Source: a bacterium
GTDB lineage: Bacteria > UBP7 > UBA6624 > JBBIMK01
Reading direction: 5' to 3'
Length of the DNA stretch: 32,000 nt
Assembly: GCA_037444445.1 (NCBI GenBank)
Contig: JBBIMK010000009.1
Coordinates: forward strand, 1-32,000
The stretch's first letter is position 1; each line of letters starts with the position of its first letter. This document shows positions 24,386-32,000 of this stretch, piece by piece. A program made the translations under genes and the position numbers. The notes below the pieces were generated by a model. It saw only the letters and a list, made by a program, of their open reading frames with translations, did no database searches and had not been told where the DNA came from.

Positions 24386-24401
24386 CCCCCCCCCGTATAA
24401 T
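24386..24401 (+). promoter_or_regulatory. Putative -10 hexamer TATAAT (24396-24401) preceded by a C9 homopolymer (24386-24394) in the spacer; candidate promoter of the S8 protease gene
   Basis: ctaCCCCCCCCCgTATAATcgcc, read directly. -35 candidates are TTTTCT (17-nt spacer) or TTGCTT (21-nt spacer). ATG 24503 has SD AGGAGGTGG at 24489-24497. Confidence 0.4.
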
Positions 24402-24502
24402 CGCCTTTTCAACCCTTTCTGCTGGCTCATCCCTAAAATTCCTCTCTTTTTGGGAACTTTCTGGCAAAAAAGGAAGTCCACTTTATCAGGAGGTGGTAAA
24501 AT

Positions 24503-26923
24503 ATGAAGCGAGGGAAGGTGGGAATTCTGCTGAAGGCAATCTGGGGCGCCTTCCTGTTGTATGCACTTTTTTCCTGCGGCGGAGGGGGTTCCGCTACTAC
24601 ACCTGCGCCTGCGGCCCGAAGCCAGAAAATAATAGTGCCGTTTTCGGCGGGAAGAGGTGGTTTGCCGAGCAGCTCCCATAGAACTGCAATGACGAACCCG
24701 GCTGAGAATGCGACAGATACAACCAGCTCATCCCTGCCTCCAGCGACCCTGACACAGGAAGGTTTGCTGGAAGGACCGCCGGATTGGCGAGTCAACGAGC
24801 ATCTTCCCTCTGTCCCGTTCCCGGAGTCGTTTCTCTGGGAGTTTGTGGATTCCCGGGGCCGCGCTTTCACGGAAACCGGCAGGGCTCACATAAATGTGCG
24901 GGAGTTCGGGCTTGTCCTCAGGGACTCCACGACACTGTTTCAATTGTCAGAACTGCTTCACCTCACGGATGCGTCCATATTGGGCGCAAGCCCAAAGATG
25001 AAGATGCTTTTTGTGCGCCTCAAACAGCGACGGAATCTGGACGAATATCTCGCCTTGCTGAATCGTTTAGAAGAAGACCCCCGAGTGGAGAGGGTGATTC
25101 CGCAAGTGACTGTGTACAAAGCCTCAGCGCTCGTTCCTACTGATGAAGCAGACTGGCGCTGGGAAGTCAGTCCAGGTGGAGGCAACTGGAATTTTGAGGC
25201 AGTAAGAGTGCCCCAGGCATGGAGCCTTATGGGCTGGATTTACAGGAGACAGAATCTGGTCACCGGGGGCATCGTAGACGAGGGTTTTTTCCTTCACCCA
25301 GACCTCTCAATGAACCATGAGGAATTGAACGGTGCCAATCCAAGACTTGACAATCATCATGGAACCGGAGTTGCTGGAGTGTGGGCTGCCCTATGGGGCT
25401 CCACCGTGCAACAGAGATGGCTGGACGGAGTGCTACCGAACTCTATTCTGACCCTGTGGGGTTTAACGGGGCGAAATGTGCCGCCCCGCGGACCCGGTGA
25501 CCCTCGCTGGCCCCCTCCCTGCGACATTTTCGGGCCCCAGGATGACTACGGCAAACAGTGTCTCTTCTGGCTCCAATTGTTAGATGACCTTTTCTCACAG
25601 AACAAGTTTCTGGACCTGCACCCGGAAATCAGCGTCCTGAATCTCAGCATCGGATATGGGTGTTTGTTCGCAGGCGATGCGGCGGATCCTCCCGGTAACC
25701 CTCCTGACGAGCGAGCCCGTCAAATCGCTGAGATGCTGGGCAGGGATTTTGCGCACCACTTCCAGAGCCGGGCAGACACTCTTCTACTGTTCCAGGCTGC
25801 TATGAACTGCTACCTGAGGCGCCTGGATGAAGCCGAGGACGATGCCCGCTGGAATTCTCCCTCCTGCTATGCGTCCATAGTGGGCGACCCCACCTCCAAT
25901 CCCCCTGTGCCACCCCAACAAAACATCATCTGCGTGGAAGCCACGAAGAACGCGGCGGGTTATCCGCTCGCCGGTTTCTCCAATGTGAGCGGGCAACTCT
26001 CCGCCCCGGGAAATAGCGTCACAGTATTGCTTGGAGTAGATGAAACAGCCGGGACTTCCGGCACATCCTATGCCAGCCCGCTATCCGCCGGTGCGGCATC
26101 CCTTCTGAAGTCATTCCGTCCGAGCCTGACGGTGACGCAGATTCGTCAGGCGCTTCTGACCTATTCCCGCTCCACGCCGGCAAACCAGCCTGAACCTCGG
26201 CGCGCACCGATGCTGGATGCCTTCTACGCTCTCACCGGGCTGGACCTGATGGCAGGAAATACCGATGTCCAGAGGGAACTGGTGGATGCGGATGATGGGA
26301 CGGTGGACGGGAACCTGCGGATGAGGGTATTCACCAGCGACCCGAACCCGGATGATGTTCACGCCATCCCGCCCGGAGGAACAACCCCAGACCACCGACG
26401 CGGGGACGGGTATGTGACCCCACGCGATTTCCGCACCTTCCGGGATGTCTTCCTTCAGGTTCGCTCTGTGGAGGATGCCAATCTCGCTCCGCTCATCTCT
26501 CTGGACGGTTCTGCGACGCATTTCAAGAGGGATTTGAATATGGACGGATGTTTGAGGGCGAGGGCGGATGCCTGCGACCCCAGCACCAATCCCTGCGTCC
26601 CCGCCAATCCCCCACACCCGGTGGACATCCCTACTCCCACCAACTGCTCGGCAGAAACCGGCGCTCCGGTGGAGAATGTCTATCCCCGGTATGATTTCAA
26701 CGGGGATGGGAGAATCACGGCTAATGCGGTCAATCCCGCCTCCGGCGATGTGGCGCCGTTCAAGATTGACCCGGACACCCACTGCACCGGGCTCAACCAG
26801 CCTGCCGGATGTCTGCGGGATATAGATGTGATGGCGCAGGTGTGGGATGCCTCTTCCTGCGAGCTTCCCGCCGGAGAATCAGCCGGTTGCCCGTCAGCAC
26901 TATATAGAGAATGTGGGCAATGA
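24503..26923 (+). CDS. Lipoprotein subtilisin-like serine protease (peptidase S8) with propeptide-like N-domain and C-terminal Ca-binding (dockerin/EF-hand-like) loops
   Basis: 806 aa. Lipobox LFSC (Cys25). Catalytic Asp in GGIVDEGFFLHPDL (D259), His in NHHGTGVAGV (H286), oxyanion Asn in VLNLSIG (N380), Ser in GTSGTSYASPLSAGAASLL (S522). DxDxDG-type loops: DADDGTVDGN, DLNMDGC, DFNGDGRITAN. Confidence 0.85.
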   Translation: MKRGKVGILLKAIWGAFLLYALFSCGGGGSATTPAPAARSQKIIVPFSAGRGGLPSSSHRTAMTNPAENATDTTSSSLPPATLTQEGLLEGPPDWRVNEHLPSVPFPESFLWEFVDSRGRAFTETGRAHINVREFGLVLRDSTTLFQLSELLHLTDASILGASPKMKMLFVRLKQRRNLDEYLALLNRLEEDPRVERVIPQVTVYKASALVPTDEADWRWEVSPGGGNWNFEAVRVPQAWSLMGWIYRRQNLVTGGIVDEGFFLHPDLSMNHEELNGANPRLDNHHGTGVAGVWAALWGSTVQQRWLDGVLPNSILTLWGLTGRNVPPRGPGDPRWPPPCDIFGPQDDYGKQCLFWLQLLDDLFSQNKFLDLHPEISVLNLSIGYGCLFAGDAADPPGNPPDERARQIAEMLGRDFAHHFQSRADTLLLFQAAMNCYLRRLDEAEDDARWNSPSCYASIVGDPTSNPPVPPQQNIICVEATKNAAGYPLAGFSNVSGQLSAPGNSVTVLLGVDETAGTSGTSYASPLSAGAASLLKSFRPSLTVTQIRQALLTYSRSTPANQPEPRRAPMLDAFYALTGLDLMAGNTDVQRELVDADDGTVDGNLRMRVFTSDPNPDDVHAIPPGGTTPDHRRGDGYVTPRDFRTFRDVFLQVRSVEDANLAPLISLDGSATHFKRDLNMDGCLRARADACDPSTNPCVPANPPHPVDIPTPTNCSAETGAPVENVYPRYDFNGDGRITANAVNPASGDVAPFKIDPDTHCTGLNQPAGCLRDIDVMAQVWDASSCELPAGESAGCPSALYRECGQ

Positions 26924-27722
26924 TTCCGGGGACGAAAACAATGACCCCTTTCAATGCGACTCCACCTGGAGGTGGCAGCCCCGCCGATACCTCCTTGCTG
27001 ACCGGAACAGCGACCAGAGAATAGATTACCTGTATTCCGTGGATTTACATTTTTCGGGGGCGGCGCTTCCCTCTTCAGGAGCCCCCTCTATTCTCATCGT
27101 TGTCAAATCCCGGATGCCGGATGGGAATAGGCAGGATGATGATGGAGATGGGATGATAGATGAACCCTATGACCGTTCCTTCACCCGGCACATTCGGATT
27201 CCTGCCAGTGAGTGGGCATCCCAGCGGCTGGTGCTCACCGTTCCTATCTATTCCCTCGTCGCACAGGACCCACCGCCGCCGGACCAGTTAGGGAGAATTC
27301 GTGTATCGGTCAAAGGGGTGAGCATCCAGCCTTCTTGCTGGGAATATTTCCCCCTTCATTACGGGCAGGATGTGGCGGTGCCGCCCCGGCAGGGCGTTGA
27401 CCCCGCCACCCCCTGCCCTTCCCCTCCCACCCGGGCCATACACCTCGGGGGTCCCAACGACCGGCTGTATAAAATCCTCACCTTACCTGACGGCGGTTAT
27501 CTGGCGGTGGGCGGCACCTACACAATGGCAGGTGGAACCCCACCAGATATGTGGGTTTTCCGGCTGGGAAGCGATGGCAATGTTGTGTGGGCGAAAGCCT
27601 ATGGAGACCCCCATATGGGCAACATTTATTTTGGCAAACAGGATAGCGCAACGACTGCCGCAATTATCCTTCAGGTTCCCTACAGACTCCAGCAAGCCTC
27701 TATAATAGCCAGAAGCCAATAG
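26847..27722 (+). CDS. Hypothetical protein or gene remnant: Ca-loop region plus a single beta-propeller-type repeat, with no signal peptide; possibly a frame-shifted continuation of the S8 gene
   Basis: Overlaps the S8 3' end by 77 nt in another frame. Contains DDDGDGMIDEPYD and one repeat, LPDGGYLAVGGTYTMAGGTPPDMWVFRLGSDGNVVWAKAYG (DGGY...G.D.W..k.d..G...W type), then terminates where a second repeat would be expected. An alternative start is GTG 26913. Confidence 0.4.
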   Translation: MPLPASFPPENQPVARQHYIENVGNDSGDENNDPFQCDSTWRWQPRRYLLADRNSDQRIDYLYSVDLHFSGAALPSSGAPSILIVVKSRMPDGNRQDDDGDGMIDEPYDRSFTRHIRIPASEWASQRLVLTVPIYSLVAQDPPPPDQLGRIRVSVKGVSIQPSCWEYFPLHYGQDVAVPPRQGVDPATPCPSPPTRAIHLGGPNDRLYKILTLPDGGYLAVGGTYTMAGGTPPDMWVFRLGSDGNVVWAKAYGDPHMGNIYFGKQDSATTAAIILQVPYRLQQASIIARSQ

Positions 27723-27761
27723 CGATTGGCGAATGGCAGATTCAGAAACAGTGAGATTTTG

Positions 27762-27805
27762 CAGGCAACACAAGAGTGCAAACCGTCTCTGCACGCCCCT
27801 GCCTG
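27762..27805. terminator. Nested inverted repeats between convergent genes; weak candidate bidirectional terminator
   Basis: CAGGCA (27762-27767)/TGCCTG (27800-27805) encloses GTGCA (27776-27780)/TGCAC (27790-27794). Only a modest T-rich tail follows (atattcgtttgattcg). Confidence 0.25.
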
Positions 27806-27850
27806 ATATTCGTTTGATTCGTTGAATCCTGCGACCTTTGCTCCGAGCGA

Positions 27851-28456
27851 TTAAGGGTAATACTTGACCCGAACCCCTGCGAGGTAAGTGTCCACTATCG
27901 TTTTGGTTTTCAGGCTATTCGTCCGATAAACATAATATAACTGGTCTTTGATGTAAGGTTTAATACGCTCAAAAGTGAGTTCCGACGGCTTTAATCCGTA
28001 GGTCTTCATCAGAGTTTGGTTCCATACCTCTTTATTTTCCTCATAATATCTGCGAACCTCCTCATCCGTGGGCTCCAGCAGGGAACGAAAGAGAGCGTCT
28101 TTGAGCAATTGATTCCGGATATACTGGCGATAATCTTCGTCCGTTAAACCCCTTTCTTTCAGCCATTGCTGGTAGTGCTGGAGGTTCTGGAAGCGTTCCG
28201 AGATGTCTCGCGACAGGGCTTTATCCACCGTGGAATCCGAAACGCTGAAGCCCCGGGCGACCGCGGCGCGAACCAGGACAAAATCCTGCACATATTCGTC
28301 CAGAAACCGCTGGAATGATGGGTCCTTTACCAGGTCCTCGGTTAGTATAGGAACCTCGTTAATCCACAGTATTGGACGGGCAGTGGGCCCACGGCACGAA
28401 CCCCATAAAACAAAAAAGGCTATGACCCCCAGCGGTTTCAAAACCCTCATTTTCAT
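27851..28456 (-). CDS. SurA-N-terminal-domain-only periplasmic chaperone-like lipoprotein (no parvulin PPIase domain)
   Basis: 201 aa. Signal plus lipobox VLWGSC. INEVPILTEDL..., ...GFSVSDSTVDKAL..., FQNLQHYQQWLKERGLTDEDYRQYIRNQLLKDALF...EPTDEEVRRYYEENKE follows the SurA_N/PpiD/PrsA N-domain pattern. ATGA overlap with the upstream gene. Confidence 0.55.
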   Translation of the reverse strand: MKMRVLKPLGVIAFFVLWGSCRGPTARPILWINEVPILTEDLVKDPSFQRFLDEYVQDFVLVRAAVARGFSVSDSTVDKALSRDISERFQNLQHYQQWLKERGLTDEDYRQYIRNQLLKDALFRSLLEPTDEEVRRYYEENKEVWNQTLMKTYGLKPSELTFERIKPYIKDQLYYVYRTNSLKTKTIVDTYLAGVRVKYYP

Positions 28457-31284
28457 TTCTCCTCTCCCTCCTTAGAAATCGGGATAACCCCGGCATCCAG
28501 CCAGGGACTCCAGAAAAGTAAAAGACTGCCCCGCTCCATTGATGTCCCGCGATATGAAATTCTCATTCTTCTTTCCCCTTTTACTTCCTCCAGCCAGAGC
28601 ACCACCTCATTTCTCCCAATTTCCATGCCCTCCTCCGGGGTAAGACCTGTAATTCCATAAAATTCTACTCCTGTTGCATGGCGGATGTGAACACATAGAA
28701 AAGGGAGTGGCGCTCTTGGAACGAGGGAAAGGAAAAGAGAAGAGCCATTCACATCTGATTGAAATTCCGTTCTGACCTCCAGCAAAGAAGGAGAAAGGGA
28801 AGTGCAGGAGGCTGAGGTAGGCTTGCCCAGATGTCTATCGCGAAGGGCTTCCTCAGGAAACAGAGTGCACCGCACAGGAGGCTTTCCCTCTATCACGGGC
28901 TGAACCACAGAGCGGAGATAATCACTCATAGGGAAATTCGCAGGAAGCAGTGGAAGAGGAGAAATTTCAGAGGCTTTCTTCAGGAGAAAATGGAATGGGA
29001 AAGCCGATGGAAGAATAGAGAAAGTTTTCATTCCAGGGGGTCGCAGAAGAGAAAAAACAGCGGTGGCAAACGGACTGTAAGCGGTAGGTTCTTCCGGCAG
29101 GAAGGCACCGGCTTTCGCTACCACGCCCTCATCCACTGCCTGCCCTTTCTCCTGCAGCGCTCTTAAAGCCAGTAGCGCCCATGCGGTGGCCTCTACATTT
29201 CCCTTCTTCATCGTTCGCAAAAAATGAAACCCCCCGTCCGACTGTTGAAACCGATAAAGCCAGCGGAGCAGGATAGAGTCGGAAAATTCCCTATCCGGGA
29301 GGAAGGAACGGGTGAGCAAATTCAGAAACGAAAAATCTTCAGAGCCTGCAGAAGCCGTAGAGACTTCCGCAATAGATTGAGAAAACAGGAGCGGTTTCCC
29401 TTCCACTGAAAAGGCCCGGATGGTAATCGGCCAGGATGGGTCAACAGAATTCATCGGGAGAACCCTCTGGAATGAGGTTCTTTCGCCCTTCCGCAGGTCC
29501 ACCCGCACCGGCACATCGCTACGAACCACCAGAGTGGGGTCTGAAACTGTGGAGGGTAAAAAATCCGCCTCCAGCCTTTTCTCCTGAGTATCAGCGATGG
29601 AAGATAGGCGAACCTGAGTATAAATGCCCTCAGGAACCTGTAAAATTCGCGATGTGAATGCGTAAGAACCCCCCGCAGGCTCAATCAGGCTCAACCGATA
29701 ATAGCCCGGCGAAGGTGGTAGCGAGATCCGTGTTTTCTCATCACCTGAAATCGGCTGAAGCAAAAATGCTGATGACAGTCCAGAGGATGAAAAGACAAAG
29801 GTGGAGTGCTTTTCCACTCTCAGGGTGGAAAGAGGAAGGGGAGGTGGAGTTCCCCCAAGGAACTCCGTCAGGCGGAAGGAAGGAGGAGTCAGTAAAAGCC
29901 ATCCCTCTTCTACCTCCGGATGCTGAACCGTTAGCAGGGCTCCACCCAGAAGCACCTCCTCGGTCTGATAAGTCAAAGTCGGTGGCGGAATATTCGCCAC
30001 CGGCACGAAGGTCTGTTGAACCTGCAATCGGCCAGATTCCACCCATTCCTCACTCATCCAGAAGCCCGGTGCATAGGCTTCCGCAAGGGGCAGACGAACC
30101 TCCTGCCCCGGCTTGAAAATGCGAATGCCATCAGGCAAATAAAAATAAATCGTCTTGAAATCTGAAGGAGGCAAACTGTAAACCCCTCCGCTATTCAGGG
30201 AAGAATCTTCCTCTCCGGTGAACTTCCAGAAATACTCCTCTCCATCTCCTTCAAGCCAGACAAAAGAATAGGGGCTGGATACAGTGGATAAGGGGGGTGC
30301 AAGAGTTATTTTCCCCGAAGTCCGGGAGTCAAAAATTCGGGTGGACGAAATCCATTCCTTTTCTCCATCTTTTATTCCATACACCGCAACCTGAAAAGGC
30401 CGGGGTGCACGGGGAAAGTAACTCAATCCCTCGCCGTCCGAGGTTAACGGTGGAAGTAGAAGAAATCGGGAGGGCTGGATGATTTCCACCCTGTAAGGCT
30501 CCCTCCCATACCCCTCCAGTTGCACTTCAATTTCTTCATCAAAAGGCTGGGGAAGGTGAAAAAACTGGAGTAAGGAAGAAACGGGAGAAAAGTAGAACAA
30601 TCTCCGGGAAGAATCAAAAATCCTGAAAGAGCGGTGCTCTCCACCCCGCAGGAGTAAAGAAACTGCCCTCTCATCAACGGTATAGACCCCATCCGGAGAA
30701 ACGCCCTCAGGAGCCGATGGAATTTCTATCGGAAGTTCATCTATGTCTTGCCCTTTCTGAACCCTGAGGATAGAGCCTGCGGGAACCATATCCAGTGAAA
30801 CTTTTCCGCCTCCATCCGTTAGCCCGAATAGAAGTTTTTCCTGCTGGAAGAAGAGAGAAAAGGACACACTTCCCACCGGTTTTCCTGTTCTTCGCTCCAC
30901 CACTTCCAGATAGAAATATCGCCCTGTTGGGTGGAGTATCATAGATAGGGAAGTAATCAAAAATGTCCGAACCGCTTCGCAGGCGCCGGATTGGAAAATT
31001 GTGCGATAATATCCTCGTTCCAGGGGCTTCTTCAGCGGTCCCGGGAAGGGCCCGGAATAGAGAGACTCAAATCCTCCCTCATCCTCCAGAAATTCTCCCT
31101 CCCATTTTTCTACTTGAATCGTGAACGGTGGAGGGCAGGGAGGTTCACCCAGGGAAATCGTTTCACCGGGTGAAAAACGCCAGAGAGATGAAGCAGGGGT
31201 GGAAACAGAAGCCACAGAACCTGCCATTAGAACCGCTAACCACCAGAGTGGAATTCGTGAAATTGAAAATGGGAGGGGTGTCAA
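28453..31284 (-). CDS. Large secreted alpha-2-macroglobulin-like protein (beta-rich repeats, one TED-like alpha-alpha repeat, A2M C-terminal-like beta domain), no CxEQ thioester motif
   Basis: 943 aa. TTG start overlaps the HtrA-like stop (TTGA). Signal peptide IPLWWLAVLMAGSVASVS. RWLYRFQQSDGGFHFLRTMKKGNVEATAWALLALRALQEKG (plus about 29150-29260) is the A2M-TED/prenyltransferase-type repeat. C-terminus: LVPRAPLPFLCVHIRHATGVEF...GRNEVVLWLEEVKGERRMRISYRGTSMERG. The CDS itself is confident; the family call is moderate. Confidence 0.5.
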   Translation of the reverse strand: MTPLPFSISRIPLWWLAVLMAGSVASVSTPASSLWRFSPGETISLGEPPCPPPFTIQVEKWEGEFLEDEGGFESLYSGPFPGPLKKPLERGYYRTIFQSGACEAVRTFLITSLSMILHPTGRYFYLEVVERRTGKPVGSVSFSLFFQQEKLLFGLTDGGGKVSLDMVPAGSILRVQKGQDIDELPIEIPSAPEGVSPDGVYTVDERAVSLLLRGGEHRSFRIFDSSRRLFYFSPVSSLLQFFHLPQPFDEEIEVQLEGYGREPYRVEIIQPSRFLLLPPLTSDGEGLSYFPRAPRPFQVAVYGIKDGEKEWISSTRIFDSRTSGKITLAPPLSTVSSPYSFVWLEGDGEEYFWKFTGEEDSSLNSGGVYSLPPSDFKTIYFYLPDGIRIFKPGQEVRLPLAEAYAPGFWMSEEWVESGRLQVQQTFVPVANIPPPTLTYQTEEVLLGGALLTVQHPEVEEGWLLLTPPSFRLTEFLGGTPPPLPLSTLRVEKHSTFVFSSSGLSSAFLLQPISGDEKTRISLPPSPGYYRLSLIEPAGGSYAFTSRILQVPEGIYTQVRLSSIADTQEKRLEADFLPSTVSDPTLVVRSDVPVRVDLRKGERTSFQRVLPMNSVDPSWPITIRAFSVEGKPLLFSQSIAEVSTASAGSEDFSFLNLLTRSFLPDREFSDSILLRWLYRFQQSDGGFHFLRTMKKGNVEATAWALLALRALQEKGQAVDEGVVAKAGAFLPEEPTAYSPFATAVFSLLRPPGMKTFSILPSAFPFHFLLKKASEISPLPLLPANFPMSDYLRSVVQPVIEGKPPVRCTLFPEEALRDRHLGKPTSASCTSLSPSLLEVRTEFQSDVNGSSLFLSLVPRAPLPFLCVHIRHATGVEFYGITGLTPEEGMEIGRNEVVLWLEEVKGERRMRISYRGTSMERGSLLLFWSPWLDAGVIPISKEGEEK

Positions 31285-32000
31285 ATACTCCCGACCATGG
31301 CATCATCCGGCCGGTCAAACGGATAGACTTCAATTTCCGTCTTTTTCGCTTCCCGCAGAACCTGAAGTTTTAACTTATCATCCGGTCCTAACTGTCGGAT
31401 GTTCAGCGCCAGGTCTCGTGGACTTTTATACAGGATTTCCTCGGTCACCAATTGGCCAGCGGGGGATTGGCGCGTGAACTTGGCGCCCAGGATAATGTCA
31501 CCCACCCGAAGCCCACGCTTGGCCGCAGGTCCTTTGAGATCCACAGTATCCACGATAATTCCTGCATCCTTCTCTATCCATTCTTCAGGCATACCGGCGA
31601 AAATCCGAAGGAGTTTCGTGGTGGGTGAAGCGATGACCCCAAACCAGGGGTGATAGATTTTCCGTCCCGCAATTAAATCAAAAGCATACTGCCGAAGGTC
31701 ATTGGAAGGGAATACAATGTTCAAATTCTGCACTTCCCGCACCAGTTCTGTGGGAATGATAGTGGATTGCTCCACTGCCAGGGCATTGATGCCCAGCACC
31801 TCACCTCGCATATTCGCCAGCGGTCCTCCCAGATTGTATAGGTAAAAGCGAGCATCCGTCTGAATCACCTTCGGAACGAAGTAATCCCAGTTCATGTAGT
31901 AATCCCGAACGGAACTAATGACACCCACGGATGCGGCTACCGTTTCCCCCAGCGGATATCCGAGAGCCAGCACGGTTTCTCCCGCTTGAACTGCGGAGGA
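31281..32000 (-). CDS. HtrA/DegP-like trypsin-fold + PDZ protein, C-terminal part (extends beyond the right window edge); catalytic Ser replaced by Leu
   Basis: The frame is open to nt 32000 (SSAVQAGETVLALGYPLGE...). VIQTDARFYLYNLGGPLANMRGEVLGIN aligns with the HtrA motif IQTDAAINPGNSGGPL.N..GEVIGIN. PDZ region: GIIVDTVDLKGPAAKRGLRVGDIILGA. Track start GTG 31973 is internal. Confidence 0.8.
   Translation of the reverse strand, partial: SSAVQAGETVLALGYPLGETVAASVGVISSVRDYYMNWDYFVPKVIQTDARFYLYNLGGPLANMRGEVLGINALAVEQSTIIPTELVREVQNLNIVFPSNDLRQYAFDLIAGRKIYHPWFGVIASPTTKLLRIFAGMPEEWIEKDAGIIVDTVDLKGPAAKRGLRVGDIILGAKFTRQSPAGQLVTEEILYKSPRDLALNIRQLGPDDKLKLQVLREAKKTEIEVYPFDRPDDAMVGSI

Noticed and set aside
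24267-24870. ORFs 24274-24681(+), 24267-24467(-), 24383-24679(-) and 24433-24870(-) in the fbp/S8 divergent region
   Set aside because: They overlap the well-supported S8 start (strong SD, lipobox) or the promoter region. They have no RBS and Arg/Gly/Ser-rich compositions.
1-32000. Search for CRISPR arrays, IS elements or inverted terminal repeats, integrases, toxin-antitoxin pairs, reverse transcriptase or DGR repeats, and rRNA/tRNA genes
   Set aside because: I saw no regularly spaced direct repeats, no transposase, integrase or RT motifs in any listed ORF, and no tRNA cloverleaf in the intergenic regions. The only repeats are the intragenic 29-mers at 33-61 and 258-286 and the shared 11-mer promoter motif.

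Overview
Gene-dense bacterial chromosomal window. I found no rRNA, tRNA, CRISPR array, transposase, integrase or recognisable defence genes. Gene content suggests a diderm, possibly thermophilic or deep-branching lineage: an SLH-anchored OmpM-type porin, a class II ribonucleotide reductase and an archaeal-type FBP aldolase/phosphatase. Left arm (minus strand): the 5' part of a Gly/Pro-rich secreted repeat protein that is missing from the ORF track because it runs off the window, then dcd and nrdJ. Centre (plus strand, about 3.8-17.6 kb): a membrane alpha/beta hydrolase, a GT2 glycosyltransferase with a SAM methyltransferase, then a long co-directional housekeeping array with several 4-nt ATGA overlaps: hrcA-rsmE-mtaB-HIT-phoH-pgpH-ybeY-2x CNNM/CorC-deoC-recO. 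Right arm (17.7-32 kb) is less ordinary: the SLH porin; a CrtI-like protein with a degenerate dinucleotide motif; a hidden proline-tailed membrane ORF that needs a frameshift; a tetraheme cytochrome c fused to a metal-ligand-less 5'-nucleotidase-like domain; FBP aldolase/phosphatase coupled to a small Cys-rich ORF; a lipoprotein S8 protease behind a C9 tract in its promoter, followed by an out-of-frame truncated ORF. The best candidate for an undescribed system is a three-gene, translationally coupled envelope operon at 27851-32000 (minus strand): an HtrA-like protein whose catalytic Ser is Leu, a 943-aa alpha-2-macroglobulin-like protein without a thioester motif, and a SurA-N-only lipoprotein. 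All family calls come from motif recognition by eye. No database search was run.
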